DNA from: an uncultured Gemmatimonadales bacterium
Lineage (GTDB): Bacteria; Gemmatimonadota; Gemmatimonadetes; Gemmatimonadales; GWC2-71-9
DNA: 64,000 nucleotides
Reading direction: 5' to 3'
NCBI GenBank assembly: GCA_963842945.1
Contig: CAWJIM010000019.1
Location: 672,001 to 736,000, forward strand
Shown: positions 48,914 through 58,708 of the stretch, piece after piece
How the letters are laid out: every line of letters begins with the position of its first letter
Position numbering within the stretch: position 1 is the first letter of the stretch
Translations under genes and position numbers: made by a program
Notes under the pieces: model-generated
Told to the model about the DNA's origin: nothing
The model's database searches: none
The model's input: the letters and a program-made list of their open reading frames with translations, nothing else

Positions 48914-49427
48914 GCTTTACCTCCGATCCCTCCAGCTCCGTGATCGGGCGGAGAATTGGGCGGAGGCAATCGGCGTGCCGGAGCCTTGTCCTCATTCCTG
49001 GACATTCGCCGGTCGAACCCGACTCGCGGGCGACGTTTCCTGTGGTCCGATCGTCGGCTCCGCTTGAGCAATTGGCGTAGCATGGAGGAGATCGAGGGTA
49101 TCGAGGAACTGAACGTCGAGGCCACAGTCCCCATCGCCGCGGGAAAAACGGTCGCCATCCAGCTTCGACGGGTGCGCCGTGTGCCAGCCGTGAGACGACC
49201 GCGCGCGTGACCCGAAACGCAGCCGCGTGTCCCTGGTCGACCGTTCCCGGAGTGCGCACGCGAGCCCTGGTCTCCGAGCGACGCATCCTCAAGCTCAACA
49301 CGCAATTGCTCCTCATCGAGCGGCCTCGTCGCGCCGCCGCGCCGTCTCGCTGAACGATCAGCCGTCGCTTCGCGAAGGCCGAACGACGCGCGGAATCATC
49401 GAGCGACGCTGCACCGGCACCGATCGC

Positions 49428-49616
49428 GAGCATCACGACGCTCTGCTTCACCACCTTCAGCACGACCGACACGAGCTTCACGGTGCACGACACCGACTGC
49501 CATCGCCGTGTCATCGATGTGCGCGCAATCTCTGGCACACTCGATGCCTCCCTCACCGACGGACGGCATGCGACCGGGTTCCTGCCGTCGCTCGATACCA
49601 TCACCATCATCGTCGG
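49428..49616. repeat. Degenerate 21-nt periodic tract
   Basis: Units in register at 21 nt: caccaccttcagcacgaccga, cacgagcttcacggtgcacga, caccgactgccatcgccgtgt, catcgat..., caccgac..., taccatc... Confidence 0.45.
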
Positions 49617-49658
49617 CGGTGCCCGGCCACCTCCGGCCACACGCAGCAGGAGGGACGT

Positions 49659-50357
49659 ATGAATGCGCAGTCTCGTAGGAAGATCGAGATGGGAACGCGG
49701 GCGCTGGAGTTCAGTCGCGCGCACCCGGACGCCGACCCGGGCTACGCCGCGGCGGCGGCCAAGCTGGAGCAGCTGGTGGCGCGGGCCGCGGAGGCAGCCA
49801 CCGCGCAGCGAAGCGGCATCGTGGATGTGCGCGCCGCCTCGGCACGCAAGGGTGACCTGCGCCGCACCATGCTGTCGGTTCACATTTCCCACTTGGCTCA
49901 GGTCGGCCAGGAGGCGGCGGCCGAGAACCACGAGCTCGGCAAGATGTTCCGGTTCAAGCCGACGGCATCCACCTTCCTCGCGTTTCGTTCCGCCGCAGGC
50001 GCCATGAAGGACGAGGCGCAGGCGTACCGCGAGCTCCTGGTGAAGTACGGACTCTCGGGGTCGGTGCTGGAGGAGCTGGGCCAGCGGCTGGAGCAGTTCG
50101 ACGCCGCCGTGGCGCTCGGCAACGCGGGGCGTGCCGCGCACATGCGGGCGACCGCGGAGCTTCGTGCAGTGTCCGCGGGGATCGGCCGTGCGGTGCGGGT
50201 GATGGATGGGCGCAACCGGCAGCGGTTCCAGCAGGAGCAGAGCCTGCTGGCCGAGTGGATCAGCGCCAGCACGGTGCTGGGACAGCCACGCGGTGGGCCG
50301 GCGACGCCCACGCCCGAACCGATGCCGTCCACCGGTGATGTGAGGCCGGCCGCGTGA
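49659..50357 (+). CDS. Hypothetical all-alpha protein (232 aa)
   Basis: AGGAGG RBS, MNAQSRRKIEMGTRALEFSRAHP...LLAEWISAS; host-like codon usage. Confidence 0.8.
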   Translation: MNAQSRRKIEMGTRALEFSRAHPDADPGYAAAAAKLEQLVARAAEAATAQRSGIVDVRAASARKGDLRRTMLSVHISHLAQVGQEAAAENHELGKMFRFKPTASTFLAFRSAAGAMKDEAQAYRELLVKYGLSGSVLEELGQRLEQFDAAVALGNAGRAAHMRATAELRAVSAGIGRAVRVMDGRNRQRFQQEQSLLAEWISASTVLGQPRGGPATPTPEPMPSTGDVRPAA

Positions 50358-50580
50358 TCCGGGGGTTGACATGTTCGGAGCGCGAAAGCGTGAGCCGTCG
50401 CCGATAGTCGCGACTGTCGGCGGCGGTTTTGCTTCCAAACGCACTCTCCCCTAACCGTGGATGCCGCCGCTCTGGCCGGCAGAGCGATCGGGGCTCGCAT
50501 CTATTCTCGGGGACGGGAATATTCGGGCCGATCGGTCGCCGTGGCTCACGCAGGGTTCATAAACCACGACGAGGTTCCTG

Positions 50581-51153
50581 ATGAATCACATCATCGAATC
50601 GCTGAGGGCCGAGTACCTACGGTACAAGGGGCTGGCCGAGGCGGCCATCGGCCAGCTGAGCGAGGCCGAGCTGGTGGCGGCCGGCGCGGGGGGCGGCAAC
50701 TCCATCGCCGTCATCTGCTGGCATCTGGGGGGAACCTCCGGTCGCGGTTCACGGACTTCCTCACGACCGATGGCGAGAAGCCATGGCGCAAACGCGACGA
50801 GGAATTCGAGCGCCGCGCCGTCACCCGCGCCGAGCTCCTGAACCAGTGGGAGCGGGGCTGGGCGACGCTGCTGGAGACGCTGGACGCACTGAGCGACGCG
50901 GATCTCGAGCGGGAGGTCACGATCCGCCGGCAGCCGTGCGCGTGTCGGAGGCGCTCCATCGCTCGCTGGCGCACGCGAGCTACCAGTCGGACAGATCGTC
51001 CACGTCGCACGCGGCCTACGGGGGAGCGACTGGCACTTCCTCAGCATTCCGCCGGGGCAATCGGAGCAATACAACGCGCGCCCGACGCTGGAGAAACCCG
51101 CCGCGCAGCTCGAGCTGGTCCGCGGGCGGGGCGACCCGAGGAGCGGCAGGTGA
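50581..51153 (+). CDS. DUF1572/DinB-like protein; several frameshifts
   Basis: YKGLAEAAIGQL, NSIAVICWHLGG-NLRSRFTDFLTTDGEKPWRKRDEEF, RSLAHASY, LSIPPGQS. Confidence 0.85.
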
Positions 51154-51548
51154 CCCCGGCGGACGCCGTGCTCGCGTCCGAGGACCGCTTCTTCCAGGCA
51201 CTACTGCGGGGGGACGGCGCCGCGCTGCAGGCGGTGCTCGCACCCGATTTCCTGCTGATCGACGTGATGACCGGCTCGGAGATTCCTGGAACCGTGCTGC
51301 AGGACCTGGTCGGCTCGGGGCAGCTTCGGTTCGAGTCGGTCGAGCGGGTCGATGCCCGGGTGCGGTTGTACGGATCGGCCGCGGTGGTCACCGGGCAGAC
51401 CCGGATGCGGGGACGCTTCGGCGACCAGAGCTTCGCGGCGCACAGCCGGTACACCCACGTCTACATACACGCCGCGTCCGGGTGGCGGCTCGCGTCGGCG
51501 CAGGGCACCCAAATCGCGGCGCAGGCGTCTATTCCCGGGCGGGAATAA
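51150..51548 (+). CDS. NTF2-like/DUF4440 protein
   Basis: EDRFFQALLRGD, VRLYGSAAVVTG, RYTHVY...WRLASAQGT. Confidence 0.85.
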   Translation: MTPADAVLASEDRFFQALLRGDGAALQAVLAPDFLLIDVMTGSEIPGTVLQDLVGSGQLRFESVERVDARVRLYGSAAVVTGQTRMRGRFGDQSFAAHSRYTHVYIHAASGWRLASAQGTQIAAQASIPGRE

Positions 51549-51598
51549 ACTCCTGCCAGCGCGGGGCGGGACGGTGAATGGCGGCGCAGTACCGCCGC

Positions 51599-54581
51599 TC
51601 ATTGCGTCCGCTCAGAGAGAGACGCGCGCTCCGCCGCCGCTTGGTCCAGCATAGGCTTCAACTCCGGGTCGCTCTCCCGCCAGAGAGCAAGAAATTCGTC
51701 GTACAATGTGGCGGCTTCGCGCGGGCGCCCGAGTGCCCGCTGGATGCGCGCTTCGGCCAAGGTCGCCGGTCCGAGGAAAACCAGCTCCTGCGTCGTGTTC
51801 TGGCCGAGGCCACGGTACCATCCGAGTGCTTCCTCCCGAGAGCCCATCTTCCGGAGAAGCTCGGCCCGAGTGAACCGCTCCATCGCCCCCGAGTAGAACG
51901 GAGAGACGAAGGTCAGCTCGTACCACCCCTCGATGCGCAACGCCTCGAGATCGGCGAGGGCGCTGTCAAACCGACCATTCGCCACCGCGATCTGTGCCCT
52001 GAGCCCCTGCGCCAGTTCGAGGGCAAGCGGGGGTCCCTCGGAGGTGCGGCCGGCTGAGTCGAGCTCCGCTGCGCGCACCATGGCGTGGCCGCCGTCGCCC
52101 AGACGGGTGTCAAGCAGGCCGAGGAGATAGGTCTTCAGGATTTGGTGCACGCCGTTGTGCCCGCTGTAGAACGCGCTGGCCCGCGTACTCCGCGTGGCGG
52201 ATTCCCCTGCGTCCCACCGCTCGAGTCGCGATCTGGCGGCACCGAGCTCCTCCGGGGACTGGGGGACGAACGGGAGCGCCCTGAACCAGGCATCGACCGG
52301 AGGGTGCTCGGAACTGCCCAGCTTGCCGGCTGCCTCCAGCTCGCTCCACGCCGCGCTCCTCCGCCCGCGAGCCAGCTCGAGATGCGCCAGCAGGATGTGC
52401 CCCTGCGCCCGCACATCGCGCGGCCGCCCTGGCTGGGTCAGAAGTCGAGCGATACGCTCGGCACCCGGAATATTCCGGGCGAAGACGGCGACCGACCACG
52501 CGGCGAGCGGGAGGATTCCATCCGGCGCTCGGCCGAACTCGGTCACCACCGAGTCGGCGCCGGCGGAGTCGTGCGTGGTGTAGGCCTGCAATGCTCGTAG
52601 CTCGAGCGTGCGGTCGCCCGCCGGGCTCAGTTGATAGAAGCGCGCCGCGAGGGAGTCGAGCTCGCTCCGGTTCCCATTACGCGCCGCGATCCGGACCAGG
52701 TGATAGAGTGCACCGAGATCGCCGGGGTCGAAGAAGAGCGCTCGGTAGAACGGCGCCCTGGCGGCGGTCATCGAGACGCCACGGAGAGGGTTCCCATGAA
52801 AAACGAGCTCGCCCAACTGGTACCACGCCTCCGAGTCGTCCGGGTAGGCCTGGACGATCGCGCGGAACTGCTGCTCGGCGTCTCCCGACCGCCCCCGCCG
52901 CATGGCCAGCACCGCCTCGAGGAAGCGTCGGTCGTGCACCGAGAGCCGGCTGCTGTGGCGGAACGCGAGCTCGGCGGAGCGACGCGACTCGTCGGCCCAC
53001 GCGAGGCGCTCCTGGGCCCCGCTCAGGCGGTAAAAGGCGAGCGCGAACGTGGTGTCGGCCGCGGCGGCTTCCTGAAAGGCGCTCACCGCCGCGGCGTACT
53101 GACCCGCCCGATAGGCCTGTTCCCCGGCCAGGTAGGCCTTGAGCGCCGGGAGTGAGGAGGTGGTCACCGCGGCCGTCCGCGTGAGGCGCGCTCCGCCTTC
53201 AGTGGATCGGGCCGCCGCCAGGCGCGTCGCCAGCAGATCGACCAGGGCGAGGACGTCGCCCGACTCCCCGTCCACCGTCGCTTCGGCCAGCGGGCGGTCC
53301 CCCTGAGTGCGGTCGAACAGCGAGGCACTGAGCCGAAGCTTTCCTTGCACTTCCAACACGTCCCCGACCACGAACAGTCCCGCCTGGAAGTGCTCCGCCA
53401 CGCCGCGGGCGCGCTCCAGACTGATGGCCGACTGCCCAGGGCCGACGAAACCGAGGAGGGCGTGCGGGTTGACGCTCCGGATGCCAGCGGCTCCGTCGAG
53501 GCTGGCACTGAGCAGAGCGACGAGTCCCTCGCCGAGGTACTCGAGCGTCGGACTACCGCGCACGGTGAACGGGAGCACGGCGAGAACGTTGGTCGAGGCC
53601 AGGTCTCTCGGCGGGCCGGCCAGACGCCGGACCCCGAGCGTTACCACGACGAGGAGGACGACCGCCCCGACGAGGACGGCGACGCGCCGTCGTGTCCACC
53701 ACGACACACGGTGGGGGGTCGTCGTCTCGACGGCCCCGAGCCGGGTGAGGACATCTTCCGCCGACTGCCAGCGCTCGTCGGGGTTCTTCGAGAGGCACCG
53801 CATGACCAGCGCCGCCAGGGCGGGGGGGCAATCTGGGCGCTTTAGGTGGATCGGCGGCGGCGCTTGGGTGAGGTGCGCCGCCATTTGCTGCTGCGGGGTG
53901 GTGGCCGCGTAGGGCGAGCCACCAACGAGCATCTCGTACGCCACCAACCCCAGGGCTGTAGAGATCGGCCCGATGATCGATGCGCGGATCGGCGGCCACC
54001 TGCTCCGGCGCCATGTAGGCCGGCGTGCCGAGCGACAGGCCGGCACTGGTCAGCCCCTGCCGGCCGGTGGCGTCGCTCACCGCCTTGGCGATGCCGAAAT
54101 CCATCACCAGTGCGTGGCCGTCGGCGAGGAGTATGTTCTCCGGCTTGATGTCGCGGTGGACTACCCCGACCTTGTGGGCCTTGGCGAGCGCGTCGGCGAT
54201 CTCGCCGGTCAACCGGACGACCTCGGGCACCGCCAGCGGTCCGGTGCGGGCCAGCCGCTCGCGGAGTGTCTCGCCCTCCACGAAGGGCATCACGTAGTAG
54301 GAAAGCACCTCCGAGCCGGGCCCGGCAGCGGTCACGCCCGAGTCGAGCAGACCGACGATGTGTGGGTGCTGCAGTTTCGCGGCGAGCCGGATCTCCTGGA
54401 GAAAGCGCTCAGGGCCGAGGGAAGCACCCAGCTCCGGCCGCAGCACCTTGATCGCCACTTTGCGATCATGTTTCAAGTCCTGCGCGAGATACACCGTGGC
54501 CATGCCGCCCTGGCCGAGCTCCCGCTCGATCAGGTAGCGGTCGCGCAGAGCGTCGGTGAGGCGCGAGTCGACTGCGGTCAC
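51599..54581 (-). CDS. Ser/Thr protein kinase with TM helix, TolB-like and TPR regions; frameshift near 53955
   Basis: LRDRYLIERELGQGGMATVY, VAIK, HRDIKPEN, DFG, GTPAYMAPE, LAVLPF, ends WRESDPELKP. Confidence 0.92.
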
Positions 54582-55222
54582 AATACTGCCTGCCGGGGAT
54601 GACTAGAATGTGTCGTGGATGGTCACGGATCGCCAGGAAAGTCGCTCCGTTTCGGCTTCCTTCTCGACCCTTGATTCACTGATTCCGTTCGTTCTCTGCT
54701 CCGCCGCGATGCTGGCGATTCTGCGCTGGCGAGGAGACATTTGAGGCATCCCTTCATGGGGCTTGGCCGTGACCAACGTGACGGCCTCCGCATTAGCCGA
54801 CGCCCTCCGCGATCGCTGCCGCCAAGTCTCTCCCCAGCCGACAACGAGGTTGGTTGGCGTATGTCACTGGGCAAGCTTGCGGCTCTGGTCGAAGCGGACG
54901 GTTCCTGACACGGCGACTTCAGCACCTTTTCACCTTTATCCGAGGTACTCATGCGTCCCTTGGTGCTCAGTGCTCTCCTGGTGATCGGTGTCCTGAGCTG
55001 CGGGAAGGACTGACTCCACAGCGCGCCGAGACAGTCTCACGCAGCGCGAACGCGACAGCATGCTCGGGGCTTCCCAGCTTCCTGGCGCCCAGGGTGTTCG
55101 CGGAGCGCTCAAGGCGAGTGACTCCGCCGCTGCTCGGCGTGAGCGGGAGGACGCTGCGGCTCAGCCGGAATAGGCGGCCTTGTAGCCCGCGAGCTCACCC
55201 AGACATCGGAAGGATGGAGCCT

Positions 55223-55417
55223 ATGGACAAGCCTCCTCGACGTCGCTTCGCCGTTTTCGCAGTGCCCATGATCATCGGGCTGATTGCCGCTCAGCGCGCC
55301 GCTCCGCGCGTTCGAGCTGTCGATTTTATCCTCCTGTTCGCGAGCGGCGTCGCATTCGGGGTCAGCCTTATGGGCTTTATCCAGATGTGGAAGGGTCGGA
55401 GTTCGTCGCTCGATTGA
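55223..55417 (+). CDS. Small two-helix membrane protein
   Basis: MDKPPRRRFAVFAVPMIIGLIA...RAVDFILLFASGVAFGVSL; GGAG RBS. Confidence 0.6.
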   Translation: MDKPPRRRFAVFAVPMIIGLIAAQRAAPRVRAVDFILLFASGVAFGVSLMGFIQMWKGRSSSLD

Positions 55418-55533
55418 GTTGGAGAAGAGGTGCCTCGCGCGGGGCCGAGCAGCGGGCGCCCCACCTATTCGTCCGCGCCGACCGGCATCCTCGCCTTCGC
55501 ACTAGTCCTCTGGGGCCCGCGGCTGGGCGAGCC

Positions 55534-55755
55534 CACGACGTGGAATCGCAGCTGAACAGGATCATCGCGCGAACGCTGGTCACCTTCGGTCGCCACGACC
55601 GGCTGACCTCTACCGGGTTCGCGGATCGGCTGCGTGGCGCCATCCGCGGCTCGGAGGTGGTGGTCTTCGAGGAGTGTTCGCATGCTCCCATCTACGAGAG
55701 AGTAGAGGAGTTCAACCAGAGGACGCTGGCGTTCTTGAGGCTGCACGCGGCCTGA
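55534..55755 (+). pseudogene. C-terminal fragment of an alpha/beta hydrolase
   Basis: TLVTFGRHD...FEECSHAPIYERVEEFNQRTLAFL; no N-terminal half or nucleophile motif. Confidence 0.7.
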
Positions 55756-55874
55756 GCCGCGCATGCATCGGAGCGACCTCTATCAAGGCGGAAAAACTGG
55801 TTGCAGGGGTTAGAATCGAATGCCCGGCTCCGACCCGGGATGGCGACTAATACGGGGCTGCCCCAGGAGAGGCT

Positions 55875-56261
55875 ATGCCTGAGAAGTCCGAAGCACCTGC
55901 GTATCCCTATGTGACCCACTTGGACATCAAGTTCGGGCCACTGCAGCGGGTGGATGTGCCCGCGCTCGTTGCCGCTTGCACCGATCGGTGGTACAACCAG
56001 ACCCTCTGCCGGGTAAACGACGCTGTCGTCCGCCTGGGGGTGGTCGAAGGGGAGTACCACTGGCACAAGCACGACGCCGATGACGAGTTCTTCTACGTGG
56101 TCAGCGGCCGGTTCTGGATCGACCTGGAGGACCAGGTGATCGAGTTGGGACCGGGCCAGGGCGTGGTGGTGCCCAAGGGAGTGCCGCATCGCCCCCGCGC
56201 ACCGGAGCGAACGGTCGTTCTCATGGTCGAGACCGCCGGCATCGTGCCTACCGGTGACTAG
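55875..56261 (+). CDS. Cupin domain protein
   Basis: GEYHWHKHDADDEFFYV, VPKGVPHRP. Confidence 0.9.
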   Translation: MPEKSEAPAYPYVTHLDIKFGPLQRVDVPALVAACTDRWYNQTLCRVNDAVVRLGVVEGEYHWHKHDADDEFFYVVSGRFWIDLEDQVIELGPGQGVVVPKGVPHRPRAPERTVVLMVETAGIVPTGD

Positions 56262-56295
56262 GTGAAGGCTACTTGCCCCCAGGCTGGAGGATGAG

Positions 56296-56697
56296 ATGAT
56301 GTCGACGGAAGCAGCTCCTCATACGGCGCGCCTGACCGGCATCGTGCCGCAGTTCCTGGTCGACGATCTCGATACGGCGATCGGGTACTACCGGGACAAG
56401 CTCGGATTCGGCCTCGACTTCTGCTACGACTCGTTCTATGCCGGCGTGAGCCGCGATGGCTTCGCGATCCATCTCAAGTGCGCGCCCAAGTTGCCCGGCG
56501 ACAGGGCGCACCGCAAACAGCACGAGCACCTCGACGCCTACATCGGCGTCACTCGGCTGGCTACGCTGCACGATGAGCTGCGGTCGCGCGGCGCGCTCAT
56601 CATCAGGTCGCCGGAGGCGCGACCCTGGTCGTGCATCGACTTCTACGTCGAAGACCCCGATGGATACATTCTCTGCTTCAGCGAGCCGACCGCCTAG
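56296..56697 (+). CDS. VOC/glyoxalase family protein
   Basis: PQFLVDDLDTAIGYYRDKLGF, DFYVEDPDGYILCF. Confidence 0.9.
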   Translation: MMSTEAAPHTARLTGIVPQFLVDDLDTAIGYYRDKLGFGLDFCYDSFYAGVSRDGFAIHLKCAPKLPGDRAHRKQHEHLDAYIGVTRLATLHDELRSRGALIIRSPEARPWSCIDFYVEDPDGYILCFSEPTA

Positions 56698-56792
56698 CGG
56701 TGCTGGCCGGCGGCTGCCGAAGCAACTCTGGGACTTGATTCCCTCTTGACTCGCTCGGGACAGATTGTGCCATCCCCTATCCCGAGCGACTC

Positions 56793-57368
56793 ATGTCACT
56801 CCCTCGGCGGGCACGCAATGCGGTCTGGGCGGTCGGTTTGCTCATCCTCTCGCTGGGCCTGCCTGCCCCCATGACCGGCCAGGCAGTCGATTCACTGGCA
56901 ACCGGAGCCAGAGTCCGGGTGAGGCTTCCGGGTCATGGTGCCGGCTGGCTGCAAGGACAGTTCGTCATGCTCTCCGCGGACTCGGCTGCGATCGCGCTGA
57001 GCGAAACTCCCGACTCCGTCCGTTTCGCCACGGAATCGGCCGAGCGAGTCGAGGTGAGCGAGGGCCGGCATTCCCATGCCGGCAAGGGCGCACTGGTGGG
57101 ATTGGGCCTTGGCGCCGGAACGGGGCTGATCCTGGGCCTCGCAGCCTCGGCCGAGGAGTGCGAGGAGTGGTGCGTGATCGAAGTGGGCGCGGGAGAAATA
57201 GCAGGAGTCACGGTCATGCTTGGCGCAGTCGGAGCCGGAATCGGCGCGCTGATCGGGTCATTCTCTCACGGAGAACGGTGGAGGCAAGTCGATCTCCATC
57301 CGAGCGAACCGGCCCGCCTTGCGCCAATCGCGCGCGCCGGTGGCCTCGGCATCGCACTCCGATTCTAG
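56793..57368 (+). CDS. Hypothetical secreted protein with glycine-zipper segments
   Basis: Signal peptide; GARVRV; GALVGLGLGAGTG; GAGIGALIGS..ERW; terminal Phe. Confidence 0.7.
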   Translation: MSLPRRARNAVWAVGLLILSLGLPAPMTGQAVDSLATGARVRVRLPGHGAGWLQGQFVMLSADSAAIALSETPDSVRFATESAERVEVSEGRHSHAGKGALVGLGLGAGTGLILGLAASAEECEEWCVIEVGAGEIAGVTVMLGAVGAGIGALIGSFSHGERWRQVDLHPSEPARLAPIARAGGLGIALRF

Positions 57369-57390
57369 AGGGCAGGGGAGTAGGCGAGCC

Positions 57391-57864
57391 TTGTGCCCGC
57401 ACAAAGTGTCGGATGCGCCCGGCGTCCTGGTGTTTCCGCCGGCGCTCTTCGCCGTGACGCTCGTCCTGGGGCTGGTCCTGCACTGGCTCCGCCCGGTCTC
57501 GCTCCTGCCGCCGCTTGCAGCACGACTGGCGGGCCTCGTCGTTCTCGTCCTCAGTTGGTGGCTGGTGCATTCGGCCGAAGCGGCCATGAAGCGCGCGGGA
57601 ACCAACGTGCGACCAGACCAGCCGAGCCTGGCGATCGTCACCGACGGCCCGTTCCGCTTCAGTCGCAATCCGATGTACCTCGCCACCACGGGCCTGTACC
57701 TGGGGATCACACTGCTGGTCAACACCCCCTGGCCATTGGTTCTGCTGCCGCCGATGCTGCTGGTACTCCACTGGGGCGTGGTCCGGCGGGAGGAGCGGTA
57801 CCTGGAGGCGAAGTTCGGTGAGCCGTATCGGGCTTACAAGTCACGGGTTCGACGCTGGGTCTGA
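57391..57864 (+). CDS. Isoprenylcysteine carboxyl methyltransferase (ICMT/PEMT) family
   Basis: VTDGPFRFSRNPMY, REERYLEAKFGEPYRAYKSRVRRW. Confidence 0.9.
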   Translation: MCPHKVSDAPGVLVFPPALFAVTLVLGLVLHWLRPVSLLPPLAARLAGLVVLVLSWWLVHSAEAAMKRAGTNVRPDQPSLAIVTDGPFRFSRNPMYLATTGLYLGITLLVNTPWPLVLLPPMLLVLHWGVVRREERYLEAKFGEPYRAYKSRVRRWV

Positions 57865-58022
57865 AGCGATGCGTGCACTGGCATACTGGACCGGAGTGCA
57901 CTGCTCGTCGCCTTCGGCGCGCTCGGCTCTGCGGCAGCCGGCTCGACGCAGTGCGGCCATTGGCGGGGTCGTGGCAGCATGGCTCGCGACTCGGCCGCCT
58001 GTAGCGGGTGTTGTGGACGCGA

Positions 58023-58433
58023 TCAGTCGGCGACGAGGGCCCCGCTTGGAAGCGTATGCCAGCATGCCGGCTTACGGGCGCTCGAGATGACCGGGCTCGG
58101 GGCCACACCGATACCGTCGTAAAGTCCGCATGTCAAACCCAGCTCTTCGGTGGTCGTCAAGGTCGCACTGTAACCCTTATCCTCATGCGCGACGACGATC
58201 ACTCGGCGCTCCGGCCTGGTCGCGAACTCCTCTTGGGGAAGCACGCCGGTGTAGGTGCTGTTGCGCGCAAGGAACGCGTCCTCGGCCTTGACCAGCCGGC
58301 GAAGGTCCTGCTTCATGGCTTCGACGAGGCCTGCATGAGCCTTGTCCGACGCCGAGCCGTGGCTCGTCTGTGCGGCGACCGGAGGCACAATGAGCAGGCA
58401 GGCGAGTAATACGACACGATAGCCGAGGAACAT
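58023..58433 (-). CDS. Secreted protein resembling a type IV pilin globular domain
   Basis: Sec-type signal then AMKQDLRRLVKAEDAFLARNSTY...GYSAT...TCGLY...PAC; AGGAG RBS. Confidence 0.55.
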   Translation of the reverse strand: MFLGYRVVLLACLLIVPPVAAQTSHGSASDKAHAGLVEAMKQDLRRLVKAEDAFLARNSTYTGVLPQEEFATRPERRVIVVAHEDKGYSATLTTTEELGLTCGLYDGIGVAPSPVISSARKPACWHTLPSGALVAD

Positions 58434-58708
58434 TGCCTTCTCCTGGGCGAATGGGGCCAACAGCCTACGCAAGGTGCGCACCACGAGGCGACGAGAGGTC
58501 AACTGATGACAAGGGTGGTAGTTACGAGAGCAAGCAGACGGGCGACCCACTGCATTCTGCCACCTTCTCACCCTCGCGATAGCCCGGCGAGATCGCTCGG
58601 CACATCGCCGGAGCGATGCGCAATGCCAGCGGTGACCCCGACCCTCTTGTGAGCCCCGCAGCCGAGCCGGATATTCGCCCGAACACGAAGTCCAGCGCGA
58701 GGTTACTC

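Noticed and set aside
48894..50444. 516-aa minus-strand ORF
   Set aside because: Antisense to the 49659 gene and the periodic tract; no recognisable motifs.
55798..55870. Functional tRNA gene
   Set aside because: Only a 3' fragment; no cloverleaf can be built.
56751..56789. tcgctcggga...tcccgagcga hairpin as another REP copy
   Set aside because: Only 10 nt match and the TGTCAT end is missing; could be chance or a local leader hairpin.
54600..58600. Integron cassette array
   Set aside because: No clear RYYYAAC...GTTRRRY attC pairs between the genes and no intI in the window.
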